64,000 nt of DNA from positions 1 through 64,000 of the forward strand of contig JBEKHN010000011.1 in assembly GCA_050012255.1 (NCBI GenBank). Reading direction: 5' to 3'. The stretch is from Candidatus Bathyarchaeia archaeon. Its GTDB lineage: Archaea; Thermoproteota; Bathyarchaeia; Bathyarchaeales; Bathycorpusculaceae. Shown piece by piece: positions 1 through 10,030 of this stretch. Under the pieces are notes generated by a model. That model saw only the letters and a list, made by a program, of their open reading frames with translations, ran no database searches and had not been told where the DNA came from. The first letter of the stretch is position 1, and every line of letters begins with the position of its first letter. The position numbers and the translations under genes are program-made.

Positions 1-860
1 TTCTTGGCAGTGTCTATAACGAACTGCTTCAGAGCCTGATTCGGAATCATGGAACTGTCAAACGTGAGTATCGAAGGGCCCTTGCCCATTCTGGCCGGTG
101 CCTCCTGAGGCTGAACTCCCGGAACGTCGCCTGCGATGTCAACTTCCAGCACGACGGCCACGTCTGGGTCAACGATGTGAGAAACCGTCGCTGCACCCCT
201 CGCTCCGACTTCTTCCTGCACCGTGGCCGCGCCGTAGACCGTGTTCGGATGCTTCACTTTCTCCTCTGAAAGTCTGCGCACGACTTCCATGGCGATGAAC
301 GCGCCTATCCTGTCGTCAAAAGCCTTTCCCATCCCAAGCTTGCCGCCGCGTATAGTCGAGAAACCCGAGTAAGGCACAACTGGGTCGCCTATCTTGACTC
401 CCAAGGCCTCAGCTTCCTTCTTGCATGTCGCACCGACATCAATGAACATCATCTTCTTCTCAACCACCTTCTTCTGCTCCTCAGGCGGCAGCAGATGCGG
501 CGGCTTCGCCGCGATCACGCCGTGCAAGTCTCCCTTCTCGGTTCTCACCACCACGCGCTGAGACAGTAGTACCTGATCCCACCATCCGCCCAATGGGTTG
601 AAGGTCAGGAAACCAGTTTTTTCATCTATGCCCGAAACGACGAATCCAACCTCATCGATGTGCCCGCAAAGCAGAACACGAGGCTGCTCCGCTGTTCCTC
701 TGTGAGTGAAGATGACCGAACCAAGCTTATCCGTGGTCACCTCATCAGCATACGCTTTGACAGCCTTCTTCACGATCGCCGCCGTCTCAACCTCAAACCC
801 AGCCGGCCCGAAGGACTCAAGCATTTCTTTCAAAAGACCCAGAGACCTCTTGTCTATCAT
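1..860 (-). CDS. M42 family (TET-like) aminopeptidase, 3' end outside window
   Basis: Not in the ORF track; manual translation from ATG at 860: MIDKRSLGLLKEMLESFGPAGFE...GHIDEVGF...LGGWWDQVLLSQRV...GKAFDDRIG...TVQEEVGARGA, the M42 metal-binding motifs. Confidence 0.9.
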   Translation of the reverse strand, partial: MIDKRSLGLLKEMLESFGPAGFEVETAAIVKKAVKAYADEVTTDKLGSVIFTHRGTAEQPRVLLCGHIDEVGFVVSGIDEKTGFLTFNPLGGWWDQVLLSQRVVVRTEKGDLHGVIAAKPPHLLPPEEQKKVVEKKMMFIDVGATCKKEAEALGVKIGDPVVPYSGFSTIRGGKLGMGKAFDDRIGAFIAMEVVRRLSEEKVKHPNTVYGAATVQEEVGARGAATVSHIVDPDVAVVLEVDIAGDVPGVQPQEAPARMGKGPSILTFDSSMIPNQALKQFVIDTAK

Positions 861-1078
861 GTTTCATTTCACGCCTTAAACGCTGATTTGGGGTCTATAT
901 ATGTCTCTATATTTATGTACTTTGTGTCCATACGGCCTGAGCTTGCATCAGCAAGATTACGCCACTTCACTGCGTTGAAAAAAGGGGTTACTCTCAAAGA
1001 TTTTTTCACTCATTCCCTACAAAACTCAGTTATATATAGAACATCCAGAGTTCTGCAGACAGTCAGGGGCTGTCGGTT

Positions 1079-1642
1079 TTGAACCACCGCAGGTTCTATG
1101 GTGATGAAGCTGAAAGGCGAAAGTGGCAGAATCCTGAAGCCATCCTGACTGCCATCGACTTGAAACCAGGTTTCACCTTCATCGATGTTGGTTGTGGAGA
1201 GGGCTTTTTCGCTGTTCCAGCCGCAAAAATCGTCGGCAGGAAAGGCAGAGTGTACGCTTTAGACCTCGACCAGGACGCGATCACAGAGTTGAAAAAGAAA
1301 ACCGCGAGAGGAGGCTTGAAAAACCTAGATGCAGTGGTCGGCGGGGCTGAAAACACGGTCTTCTGTGAAGGCTGCGCCGACATTGTTTTCTTCGGAATCG
1401 TCCTCCACGACTTCAACGTGCCAGCTAAGGTCTTGGCCAATGCTAAGATAATGCTCAAGCCTGCAGGGCGACTTGTTGATCTAGACTGGAAAAAAGAACC
1501 AACGGGCTTCGGTCCACCGTTACAGATTCGTTTCAGTGAGGAGCAGGCTTCCAACCTGATCAGAGAGGCAGGCTTCAAAGTGAAACAGGCAGAACAAGCC
1601 GGACCCTTCCATTATATCATCATTGCAACTCATCGAGCTTGA
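1079..1642 (+). CDS. Class I SAM-dependent methyltransferase
   Basis: Motif I FIDVGCGEG, VYALD, LKPAGRL. Confidence 0.85.
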   Translation: MNHRRFYGDEAERRKWQNPEAILTAIDLKPGFTFIDVGCGEGFFAVPAAKIVGRKGRVYALDLDQDAITELKKKTARGGLKNLDAVVGGAENTVFCEGCADIVFFGIVLHDFNVPAKVLANAKIMLKPAGRLVDLDWKKEPTGFGPPLQIRFSEEQASNLIREAGFKVKQAEQAGPFHYIIIATHRA

Positions 1643-1815
1643 GACGGTCCAGAAGAAAGCGTCCACGCGGAAGCCTCAACTGACCTGTGAGCCTTGACTT
1701 GAACGGTGTTTGGACCAATTTTCTCTTCAACGCCAGATAGGTAAACGAGCGGAATTATTACAAAGACACGACTCAAACGCGGTTTGAGGTATGCTACAAA
1801 AAAGATGGGAATAAA

Positions 1816-3120
1816 TTATGGCCCTTTCTTCGTGATCTCTTTGACGATGCCCGCGGCCACTGTCGTGCCCATGTCCCTGACTGCGAAGCGTCCTAGCTCT
1901 TCGAATTCGGCGAAAGTTTCTATGGCAATGGGGTGAAGCGGCTCCATCTTGACTATTGCAGCGTCTCCGGTCTTCAGGAAGGCAGGTTTTTCCTCGACAA
2001 CTTGTCCGGTTCGTGCGTCGATCTTTCTTATGAGCTCTGTAAGCTTGCAGGCAACTTGCCCTGTGTGATAGTGCAGCACCGGTGTGTAGCCTGCTGCGAC
2101 GGCTGTCGGGTGGTAGATCACAATTATCTGTCCGATGAACTCTTTGGCCACCGTCGGCGGGTTTGGGACGTGTCCACACACATCTCCGCGGTGGATGTCC
2201 GTTTTAGCCACGCCTCTAATGTTGAAGCCTATGTTGTCGCCTGGTTCAGCTTTCGGAATCCTTTCGTGGTGCATTTCCAGAGATTTGACTTCGCCCTGCT
2301 TGTTGGTTGGCATGAAGATGACAACATCGTTTTCTTTGATCACGCCGGTTTCGACTCTGCCGACGGGAACAGTGCCTACACCTGTGATGCTGTACACATC
2401 TTGAATGGGAACTCGTAACGGCTTGTTTGTGGGTTTAGAAGGCACTTCAAACGTGTCCAACGCTTCAATGAGTGTTGGTCCCGTGTACCATGGCATGTGT
2501 TCGCTTTTCTTCACCAGGTTCTCCCCTGTCCAGCCCGATGTCGGGACAAACGGAATCTTTTCAACCTTGAAGCCCACCATCTTGAGCATTCTGCCTACCT
2601 CGTTCTTGATCTCGTTGTATCGGTCTTGGCTATAGTTAACTGAAACGTCGTCCATCTTGTTGACAGCAAGGATCAGTTGGCGAACACCCAGAGTGAAGGC
2701 CAAGAACGCGTGTTCCCTAGTCTGCCCGCCGGGTCCTATGCCAGCCTCAAATTCTCCTCTTCTGGCCGAGCAGAACAGTATAGCTCCGTCAGCCTGGCTT
2801 GCGCCAGTAATCATGTTTTTGACGAAGTCTCTGTGACCCGGCGCATCTATCACAGTGAAGTAATACCTCTTCGTCTCAAACTTCATAAACCTAAGGTCTA
2901 TCGTCAAGCCTCTTTCTCGTTCCTCTTTAAGGTTGTCCAGCAGCCATGCAAACTTGAAGCTCTCTTTTCCAGCTAACTTGGCTTCCTCTTCGTACTGCTT
3001 TACTGTTCTCTCGTCAACTGCTCCTGCGAGATAGAGCAGGTGTCCTGTAGTGGTAGATTTTCCGTGGTCTACGTGTCCCATGATCACGAGGTTCATGTGC
3101 GGCTTTCCTACTTTGCTCAT
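1816..3120 (-). CDS. tuf: Translation elongation factor 1-alpha (aEF1A)
   Basis: GHVDHGKST, ERERGLTID, DAPGHRDF, NKMD, C-terminal LGRFAVRDMG. Confidence 0.99.
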   Translation of the reverse strand: MSKVGKPHMNLVIMGHVDHGKSTTTGHLLYLAGAVDERTVKQYEEEAKLAGKESFKFAWLLDNLKEERERGLTIDLRFMKFETKRYYFTVIDAPGHRDFVKNMITGASQADGAILFCSARRGEFEAGIGPGGQTREHAFLAFTLGVRQLILAVNKMDDVSVNYSQDRYNEIKNEVGRMLKMVGFKVEKIPFVPTSGWTGENLVKKSEHMPWYTGPTLIEALDTFEVPSKPTNKPLRVPIQDVYSITGVGTVPVGRVETGVIKENDVVIFMPTNKQGEVKSLEMHHERIPKAEPGDNIGFNIRGVAKTDIHRGDVCGHVPNPPTVAKEFIGQIIVIYHPTAVAAGYTPVLHYHTGQVACKLTELIRKIDARTGQVVEEKPAFLKTGDAAIVKMEPLHPIAIETFAEFEELGRFAVRDMGTTVAAGIVKEITKKGP

Positions 3121-3288
3121 TTCTTCTCCTCCTGTTTTCTGAAATCTCCATCAAATTTTGGTGAATTCGTTTACACAACTGTTCATTCAGTTATTTTAAG
3201 TTTATGATAAAGAAAAATGCTGAACTGCTCCGCATCGGAACGAATATAAAACTTGGTTTTTGAGTTATAACCTGGACGAGTTTAGGTT

Positions 3289-4464
3289 ATGCCAGCAAAC
3301 TTGCCTCATGACGCTAGAAAGAAATGGGCAGAGGTTGAAGCGACAAAGAAGCCGAAAGAAAGACTCCAGCGCATGGAAGAGTTTCTGAGTTTGGTTCCGA
3401 AACACAAGGGCACAGCGAAGACCTGCGCACAGGTCAAAAAGCAGATGGCCGTCCTGCGAAGAGAGTTGGAAGAGAAGAAGAGGAAGAAGACCGGAAAAAG
3501 CGGACCCAAACTTTTCATAGAAAAAGAAGGTGCCGCCCAAATAGCTTTGATAAGCCTAACAAAAGCCGGAAAGAGCAGCTTGCTCTCGGCTGTTACCCAC
3601 GCCAAGGTTGAAGTTTCAACCAATCCCTACACCACAAGGGAACCAGTGCCGGGAATAATGGATTATCAAGACATGCAGCTTCAAATCATTGAAGCTCCTG
3701 CACTCATTGAAGGAGCAGCGGACGGTCGGTCCTGGGGACCCAAGACTCTAGGCATCGCCCGGAACGCAGATGGGTTAATGCTTCTGGTCGACTTGTCGCA
3801 AGACCCCGTCAAACAGATGTCTCTTATTTTGGAGGAAATGAACAAGGCTCGCATATCAACAAGCAAACCGAAGTCAAGGGTTGAAGTTGAAAGAAGGTAC
3901 ATGGGAGCCGGATTGCGAATCATACTCACGGGAAAGCTTCTGGACTGCACCTTCAAGGATGTTGAGGAGTTGCTCAAGAGCTACAACGTTAGAGACGGGG
4001 TCGTGAAGATACACGGTGAAGCCACGCTGGGCGAAGTTGAAGACGCAATTTTTGAAAGCACCGTGTACAAGGCGGCCGTAGTGGTTGCAAACAAAATCGA
4101 CATCGACGGAGCTGAAGGAAATCTGAAGCTTCTCAAGGCCTACTTGGGGAACAAGCTGCCGGTAGTCGCCGTTTCAAGCAAAAAAGGAACAGGTTTAAAG
4201 AACCTGGCCGAAACACTGGTCAAGGCATTGGAAATAATACGAATCTACACAAAGGAACCTAATGAGAAGGAATACTCCAAGAAACCCTTTGTGCTTAGGA
4301 AGAACTCAACGATATATGATTTGGCGAGGAGCATTCACAGCGATTTCAAGGACAATTTCAACTTTGCCAAGGTTTGGTCCGGCCGCCTTGTCTTCAGTCC
4401 ACAGAGGGTTGGGGCAAACTTCACCCTGGAGGATGGAGACGTCGTCGAGATTCATTTGAAATAG
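3289..4464 (+). CDS. DRG/OBG-family GTP-binding protein with C-terminal TGS domain (atypical G1 and G3)
   Basis: N-terminal VPKHKGT, AGKSS, PYTT (G2), NKID (G4), IRIYTK...IH...LEDGDVVEIH TGS domain. Confidence 0.9.
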   Translation: MPANLPHDARKKWAEVEATKKPKERLQRMEEFLSLVPKHKGTAKTCAQVKKQMAVLRRELEEKKRKKTGKSGPKLFIEKEGAAQIALISLTKAGKSSLLSAVTHAKVEVSTNPYTTREPVPGIMDYQDMQLQIIEAPALIEGAADGRSWGPKTLGIARNADGLMLLVDLSQDPVKQMSLILEEMNKARISTSKPKSRVEVERRYMGAGLRIILTGKLLDCTFKDVEELLKSYNVRDGVVKIHGEATLGEVEDAIFESTVYKAAVVVANKIDIDGAEGNLKLLKAYLGNKLPVVAVSSKKGTGLKNLAETLVKALEIIRIYTKEPNEKEYSKKPFVLRKNSTIYDLARSIHSDFKDNFNFAKVWSGRLVFSPQRVGANFTLEDGDVVEIHLK

Positions 4465-4479
4465 ACCGCGAAACCTGCG

Positions 4480-5073
4480 CTATCTTGACGCCTGAGCTAT
4501 TCTTTCGATTTCGTTGCGCTTGGCAACAGCAAAGCTCTTCATGTCGTTGTTCCCAGCCATTATCAACTCTTCTGCCAAACACTCCTCTGCTGAACGAGGA
4601 TTATTTATTGAAGCCTGTCTGGCTCCCTCAGTTATGTTTCTCAGTGCTAGGTCGATTCTTCTCTGAGGCGCAACGTCCACGGAAAGATGGTACACGATGC
4701 CACCGTAACTGATCCTTGTCGTGTCCTCACAGGGAGCAGAATTCTCCACAGCTTTTACCAAAACTTCAACAGGGTTCTTGCCAGTGCGAAGGTTGATTAT
4801 CTCAAAAGCGATTTTCGCCATGTTTATGACTCTGGCCTTTTTCCCAGAGTTCTTTCCAGGTCGCATCATATCGTTTATCAGCCTTTCCACGATGCTGACG
4901 TTTGCTTTCCGAAAACGCTTGTGCTCATGTCTTCCCATGCTGTGAGGAATCACAATTGGTCTCAGTGAGATATATCTCTGCAGCCCGGCGTCCCTGGCTT
5001 CCACACCCTTGAAGCTCCATTTCGCGAAAAGCTTTATCTCTTTTTCCTGTTTCTCCGCTTGCTTCTGACTCAA
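4480..5073 (-). CDS. rps7: 30S ribosomal protein S7 (uS7)
   Basis: [50 protein letters not shown]; start set at TTG 5073 just after the rps12 stop. Confidence 0.97.
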   Translation of the reverse strand: MSQKQAEKQEKEIKLFAKWSFKGVEARDAGLQRYISLRPIVIPHSMGRHEHKRFRKANVSIVERLINDMMRPGKNSGKKARVINMAKIAFEIINLRTGKNPVEVLVKAVENSAPCEDTTRISYGGIVYHLSVDVAPQRRIDLALRNITEGARQASINNPRSAEECLAEELIMAGNNDMKSFAVAKRNEIERIAQASR

Positions 5074-5078
5074 AATGT

Positions 5079-5519
5079 TCACCGAGCTGGCTTCTGCTTC
5101 CGCCCATAGACGAGTTCGTTGAGAGAAACACCGTTGACCGTTATGACCTTCCACCGCACCCCCGGAATGTCGCCCATGCTTCTGCCTCGTGAACCTCCTA
5201 TGCCTTCGACCAGGACCTCATCGTGCTCGTCAACCACGTTTAGAGCTCCATCTCCAGGCAAGAAGGCAGTGATCGCTCGGCCATTCTTGATCAGCTGGGT
5301 TCTCACGCATTTCCTTATAGCGCTGTTGGGCTGCTTGCTTTCAACGCCCACTTTTTCAAGAACGATACCACGCCCCATGGGTGCTCCTTCAAGAGGATCA
5401 GCCTTAACGTCCAACCTCAGCATTCGACGCTTGTAGTACATGCTGCTCCAGCGATACTTCTTCCTTTTCTCCACAAGCGCTCTTGCGGCGAATTCGCCTC
5501 TTGGGGACTTAGAACCCAT
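5079..5519 (-). CDS. rps12: 30S ribosomal protein S12 (uS12)
   Basis: [31 protein letters not shown]; start at ATG 5519. Confidence 0.98.
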   Translation of the reverse strand: MGSKSPRGEFAARALVEKRKKYRWSSMYYKRRMLRLDVKADPLEGAPMGRGIVLEKVGVESKQPNSAIRKCVRTQLIKNGRAITAFLPGDGALNVVDEHDEVLVEGIGGSRGRSMGDIPGVRWKVITVNGVSLNELVYGRKQKPAR

Positions 5520-5661
5520 GCGTGGTTTCCTCTGGCTACGTCTAATCATCAGACTGATATTTAAACTGAGCTACACCATTCAGACCGCGCGTGTCATCTG
5601 ACAGCGTTTGAAATCAAAGGCTTTAAGGAACCTGATTCCACCAATTGAGCAAAGAGGATGA

Positions 5662-6900
5662 GTGGCTTTGAGATACGTGGACTTTGTTGACTTGAAATAC
5701 GCTCCTGAAGACACGGATGTCCTCTGCACGTTCATTGTCGAGCCAAACGGCGTAAGCATGAAAGAAGCTGCTGGAGCCGTTGCTGCTGAGAGTTCTGTAG
5801 GAACGTGGACAGAACTCACAACCGTTAAGCCTTACGTTGACAAGCTTGCCGCTCATGTTTTCAGCATACGGAACAGCGTAGTGAAAATTGCTTATCCAGC
5901 GGGGCTTTTCGAACTGGGAAACATGCCTAACATCCTGAGCAGCGTTTCGGGAAACGTTTTCGGGTTGAGAACCCTGGCGAATTTGAGGCTTGACGACATC
6001 AGCTTTCCCCATAGTCTTGTCAGAAGCTTCAAAGGTCCAAGGTATGGTGTTGAGGGAATTCGAAAGCTTCTGAAAGTCTACGGGCGTCCGTTGGTGGGTA
6101 CGATAATCAAGCCTAAGCTGGGTCTCAAAACCAGTGACCACGCCAAAGTGGCCTACGAAGCGTGGGTCGGTGGGTGCGACATGGTTAAGGATGATGAGAA
6201 CCTGAGCAGCCAGAGTTTCAACCCTTTTGAAGCCCGTCTCGTGAAAACCTTAGAGAGCAGAGACAGGGCTGAGGCAGAGACGGGTGAAAGAAAGGTCTAC
6301 ATGGTAAACGTCACGGCGGAAACAGAGGAGATGCTTAGAAGAGCAGAACTTGTTCTTAGACAGGGCGGAGAGTACGTGATGATTGACATTTTGACGTGTG
6401 GTTTTGCGGCTTTGCAGACTTTTCGAGAGCAGGGCTTCAACCTTGTGATTCACGCGCACAGAGCTGGGCATGCAGCCATTACGAGGAACTCGAAGCATGG
6501 TGTTTCGATGCGAGTGTTGGCCAAAGCCGCAAGAATGATAGGTGTGGACCAGCTTCACGTTGGCACCGTGGTCGGAAAAATGTCTGAGACCAGGGAAGAG
6601 GTGGCCGAAAACTGTGAGGCGCTGAAGACGCAGATGAGTGGCTTAAAACCAGTGATGCCGGTGGCTTCTGGCGGTCTGCATCCTGGGCTTGTTCCAGCGT
6701 TGATTCGGTTCTTCGGAAAAGATTTCGTTATTCAAGCCGGAGGAGGCATCCACGGCCACAAGCATGGCACAACATCAGGAGCCAGGGCGATGAGGCAGGC
6801 AGTTGAGGCCACGCTGGAAAGCACATCTCTTAGGGATTTTGCTGAGAACCATCCGGAACTGAGAGCCGCTCTTGAAACTTGGGGATGTAGCGCGCAGTAG
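5662..6900 (+). CDS. rbcL: Form III ribulose-1,5-bisphosphate carboxylase large subunit
   Basis: AAESSVGTWT, GTIIKPKLG, catalytic KDDEN, HAHRAGH, GTVVGKM, ASGG, GGGIHGH. Confidence 0.96.
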   Translation: MALRYVDFVDLKYAPEDTDVLCTFIVEPNGVSMKEAAGAVAAESSVGTWTELTTVKPYVDKLAAHVFSIRNSVVKIAYPAGLFELGNMPNILSSVSGNVFGLRTLANLRLDDISFPHSLVRSFKGPRYGVEGIRKLLKVYGRPLVGTIIKPKLGLKTSDHAKVAYEAWVGGCDMVKDDENLSSQSFNPFEARLVKTLESRDRAEAETGERKVYMVNVTAETEEMLRRAELVLRQGGEYVMIDILTCGFAALQTFREQGFNLVIHAHRAGHAAITRNSKHGVSMRVLAKAARMIGVDQLHVGTVVGKMSETREEVAENCEALKTQMSGLKPVMPVASGGLHPGLVPALIRFFGKDFVIQAGGGIHGHKHGTTSGARAMRQAVEATLESTSLRDFAENHPELRAALETWGCSAQ

Positions 6901-6905
6901 GCTGA

Positions 6906-7826
6906 TTATTCGAAGACCCACGGGTATTTCCTGTGCATCACTTCTGTTATCGAGTGTGGAGAAATCATTCCTTCTTCGCATATTATTCCGTGGATGAAGT
7001 CTCTTCTGGTCACGTCGAAAGCGGGGTTTCTGACGACTAGGTTCTTAGGCGCGTCTTTCCAGATCTCGCTGGGACGTCTTTCCTCTATTTTTTCATAGTC
7101 ACCGTACATGGTGGCTGGGTCGAATTTCAGGAGCTCGGACACGACGTAGAAAGGCGTCCGTGCTTCATGGGCGGCGAGGGCAACGATGCTGGTCCCGACC
7201 TTGTTTATCACGTTTCCTTCGGACGTTATTGCGTCGGCGCCCACTACCACGAGGTCGACTTGGTTCATGAAGAACCGCGTTGCCGAGTCAATGATGAAAG
7301 TTGTTTTTATACCTAGTTCGAGCAGCTCCTTCGCGGTGGTTTGTCCCTGAAACGCGGGTCTTGTCTCTGTACAGATGACTTCGAAGGTTTTTCCTTCATG
7401 TTTGGCTCTTCTCAACAGGTTTGTGACAGTTGAAGAATGGCAGTGCGTCAAAATTGCCGAGTTGTTCCTGATTCTTCTGGCTCCTATCTCAGCGATTTTC
7501 CTGTTTGATTCTTCGAGGTCTGTGAGGAACTGTTCTGACGTTAGTGAAACCGTGTCTGCGAGCCTTTTCACGTTTTTCTCTTCGCTCTTTTCAACCTTGT
7601 TTATTATCATTCTGAGAGCGTTTCTCATGAGCGGCTCGGTTGCTCTTGAGGCGAAGAGGGTTACCTTGGCCTTTGAGAGTTCTCTTAGAAAATCCTTCTT
7701 ACTGGGGGCTTCCGTCTGGCCGGCCAGCGTCTGCACTGCCTTTATGGCGGCGATAGCTACGTTCCTTGCGCCTTGAACTTCGAGCCTTCTTATTCTTTTT
7801 GCTGTGGTCTGGATCGGGTCTGACAA
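6906..7826 (-). CDS. Ribose-1,5-bisphosphate isomerase (eIF2B-like family)
   Basis: VQGA, THCHSS, ETRP.FQG, VVVGADAIT, NKVGT, NPAFDVT; likely TTG start at 7826 after a GGTGA SD; adjacent to RuBisCO III. Confidence 0.9.
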   Translation of the reverse strand: MSDPIQTTAKRIRRLEVQGARNVAIAAIKAVQTLAGQTEAPSKKDFLRELSKAKVTLFASRATEPLMRNALRMIINKVEKSEEKNVKRLADTVSLTSEQFLTDLEESNRKIAEIGARRIRNNSAILTHCHSSTVTNLLRRAKHEGKTFEVICTETRPAFQGQTTAKELLELGIKTTFIIDSATRFFMNQVDLVVVGADAITSEGNVINKVGTSIVALAAHEARTPFYVVSELLKFDPATMYGDYEKIEERRPSEIWKDAPKNLVVRNPAFDVTRRDFIHGIICEEGMISPHSITEVMHRKYPWVFE

Positions 7827-7911
7827 GTGCTTCACCTGCAGATACAGATAGCTTTCTACTTGAGGGTAGAATAAACTTTCTGTGAATTTGTCGTCGTGAG
7901 AATCTGCTGTC

Positions 7912-8514
7912 TTATTTTGCGAATCGATCATTCTTCCAGACGTTGGCGGTGTCGCTGTAGCCCAGTTTTTCCCAGTATCCGAGCTCTTTCTTCGCTGTGA
8001 ACCTTATCCTTGTGACCCATAAAGCGCTCTTGTAAGCGTACTTGTTTGGGACGACGAGTCTGAGCGGGAAGCCGGTGCCTTCCTCGAGGGGCCTATCGCC
8101 TAGTCCGTAGGCTAGGAGAACGTCTTCGCCGGAAAGCTCCGTCATCGAAAGCGAGGTCGTGTAACCGTCGGCGCATTCGAAGGTCACGAACCTAGCAGTT
8201 TCTTTGGGCCTCACCAGTTCGATCACCTTGCTGAAGCGGACGCCCTCCCATATACAGTTGAGGACGCTCCATCCTTCGACGCAGTGGAAATCGCTTACTG
8301 AATGGACTTTTGGAAGTTTGAGGACTTCATTCCATCTCAGCGTGACGGGTTTTTCGACTTCGCCGCTGATCTCCAGTGTATAGGTTTTTAAGTCGATTTT
8401 GGGGTTCGAAGGCGTGATGCCTGGGTGGTCTGTTCCCCATCTTAAGAGACGCTTTATCGGCCTTTGGCCGGGAGGAAGTTTTCCAGGCTTAGTGTTCGGG
8501 TTCTGTGAAGTCAT
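7912..8514 (-). CDS. Sulfite-oxidase-family molybdopterin oxidoreductase, no signal peptide
   Basis: LPPGQ, DFHCVEGWS, GFPLRLVVP..YAYKSALW, GYWE..GYS. Confidence 0.9.
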   Translation of the reverse strand: MTSQNPNTKPGKLPPGQRPIKRLLRWGTDHPGITPSNPKIDLKTYTLEISGEVEKPVTLRWNEVLKLPKVHSVSDFHCVEGWSVLNCIWEGVRFSKVIELVRPKETARFVTFECADGYTTSLSMTELSGEDVLLAYGLGDRPLEEGTGFPLRLVVPNKYAYKSALWVTRIRFTAKKELGYWEKLGYSDTANVWKNDRFAK

Positions 8515-8942
8515 GCTTGTTCATGAGGGACTGGAATGGTGTTGGAGATAAGGCTTACTAGGATATGGTTGACTCGCCCTTTTTCGCGTTCGCTGCTCTG
8601 TCGCCTTTTGCTTCTCCTTTTTGTGGAATACGCTACATCCCTGTATTCGCGTTTTGACCCCGTCTATTTTACCCTCCCCCTCCCCCCTAGGGTACTAGTA
8701 CTGCACGTAGGCGCTGGAGAAGGCCCTACCGACTTCACGCGGGCATGAAGACGAATGCGTGCAGAGCGCTTTGGGTGGAGCCCAAGCAAGGGTCGTACCT
8801 TTTCAATCCATTATGCTTTCACGCCGTCTTCTTATTTCATCTGGCCGGCTTAGACCTTGCTAACGCGCCTGCCTCTTTTTTCTAAGCACAGCAAACCCAA
8901 ATAAGACGGTGTGAGTTGAGGTTATTTCTGCTGGTTGAAAAC

Positions 8943-9653
8943 ATGTCTGGGAGTGAAAGCTTGCTTCCTTATTTGCGAGAGAAAAAACGGGCGGAGCAGG
9001 AGCAGCCGACGATAATTGTGGACAGTCGCGAGGCAAACACTGCGTCGAAGATTGTTAAGGGGCTCAGAGAGCGCGGTGTGAACGTGAAGACTCAGGTTTT
9101 GGAGAAGGGCGACTATATTCTGTCCGACGTGTGTGCGGTTGAGAGGAAGACTGTTCAAGATTTTGTTTACACTCTCACGCGGCGCTTTCTTTTCGAGCAG
9201 CTGTTCAGGCTTAAGGAGGTCTATCCGAAAAGCCTCATATTGTTGGAGGGTTACCTGCCCATAATTTACAAGTACAGCAGGATCCAGCCCGCGTCGGTTT
9301 GGGGTGCGATGTTCAACTTGGCCAGAAACGGTGTGGCCATTATAAACACGACGTCTTACAAGGAGACTGTTGACTTCCTCTACGTGGCCGCGCGGCAAGA
9401 GCAGATAATTGAGAAGCGGGCACCGACGGTTCACCCCTTCAAGAGAGTTGACACGACTGCAGACGCCCAGGTCTACTTTTTGGCCAGCCTGCCCAATGTT
9501 GGCAGAGAGAAAGCCTTGGCAATACTTAAGTGCTATCAGACTCCTTTGAACGCTGTGATAAACGTTGACGGATGGTCCGAAACCGTGTACGGACTTGGCC
9601 CGAAGATAAGCAGCAAGGTTAAAGAAGTGTTGAACACGCCGTTCATGGAGTGA
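8943..9653 (+). CDS. xpf: Short XPF/ERCC4 structure-specific endonuclease (nuclease + HhH2)
   Basis: IIVDSRE, GDYILS, VERKTVQDF, HhH motifs LPNVG and VYGLG. Confidence 0.9.
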   Translation: MSGSESLLPYLREKKRAEQEQPTIIVDSREANTASKIVKGLRERGVNVKTQVLEKGDYILSDVCAVERKTVQDFVYTLTRRFLFEQLFRLKEVYPKSLILLEGYLPIIYKYSRIQPASVWGAMFNLARNGVAIINTTSYKETVDFLYVAARQEQIIEKRAPTVHPFKRVDTTADAQVYFLASLPNVGREKALAILKCYQTPLNAVINVDGWSETVYGLGPKISSKVKEVLNTPFME

Positions 9654-9659
9654 ACAGAC

Positions 9660-10025
9660 ATGGATGTTGAAATCAGTCCGACAAAGAAGATTAGCCTTCT
9701 GGGCTTGGATAGCCGCTCGAGAGAGAACATCGCCTGGTGCGCAGCAACCTACGGTGCGAACAGGCTGTACTGGATAGATGGCTATCTCCTGTGCTTAGAA
9801 GTCTACGAGAAATCCTTCGAACAAGAGTTGAAGAAGAAAGAGTTTCCCATAAGCCAGGTCTGCTACGTGAAGTTTCCGAAGTATGAAAAGATCTACGAGA
9901 TCGACAAGAGCTTCCAGATCCCGGTGGTCGACGTTTCCGACATGAAACTGTTCCAGAGCATACTGAAGGCCATACTGGAAAACGAGAAGGCAAGCACAGC
10001 ATCTTCAAAATGTGAAGGCACCTAA
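9660..10025 (+). CDS. Hypothetical protein, probably co-transcribed with xpf
   Basis: 121 aa ORF starting 6 bp after the xpf stop; globular composition. Confidence 0.7.
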   Translation: MDVEISPTKKISLLGLDSRSRENIAWCAATYGANRLYWIDGYLLCLEVYEKSFEQELKKKEFPISQVCYVKFPKYEKIYEIDKSFQIPVVDVSDMKLFQSILKAILENEKASTASSKCEGT

Positions 10026-10030
10026 GTCTT

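Noticed and set aside
4480-5154. Apparent 75-bp rps12/rps7 overlap
   Set aside because: Artefact of longest-ORF calling; an in-frame TTG at 5073 gives a normal-length S7
8515-8915. Replication origin suggested by G-strings
   Set aside because: No ORB-like inverted motif, no AT-rich unwinding element and no cdc6/orc1 nearby
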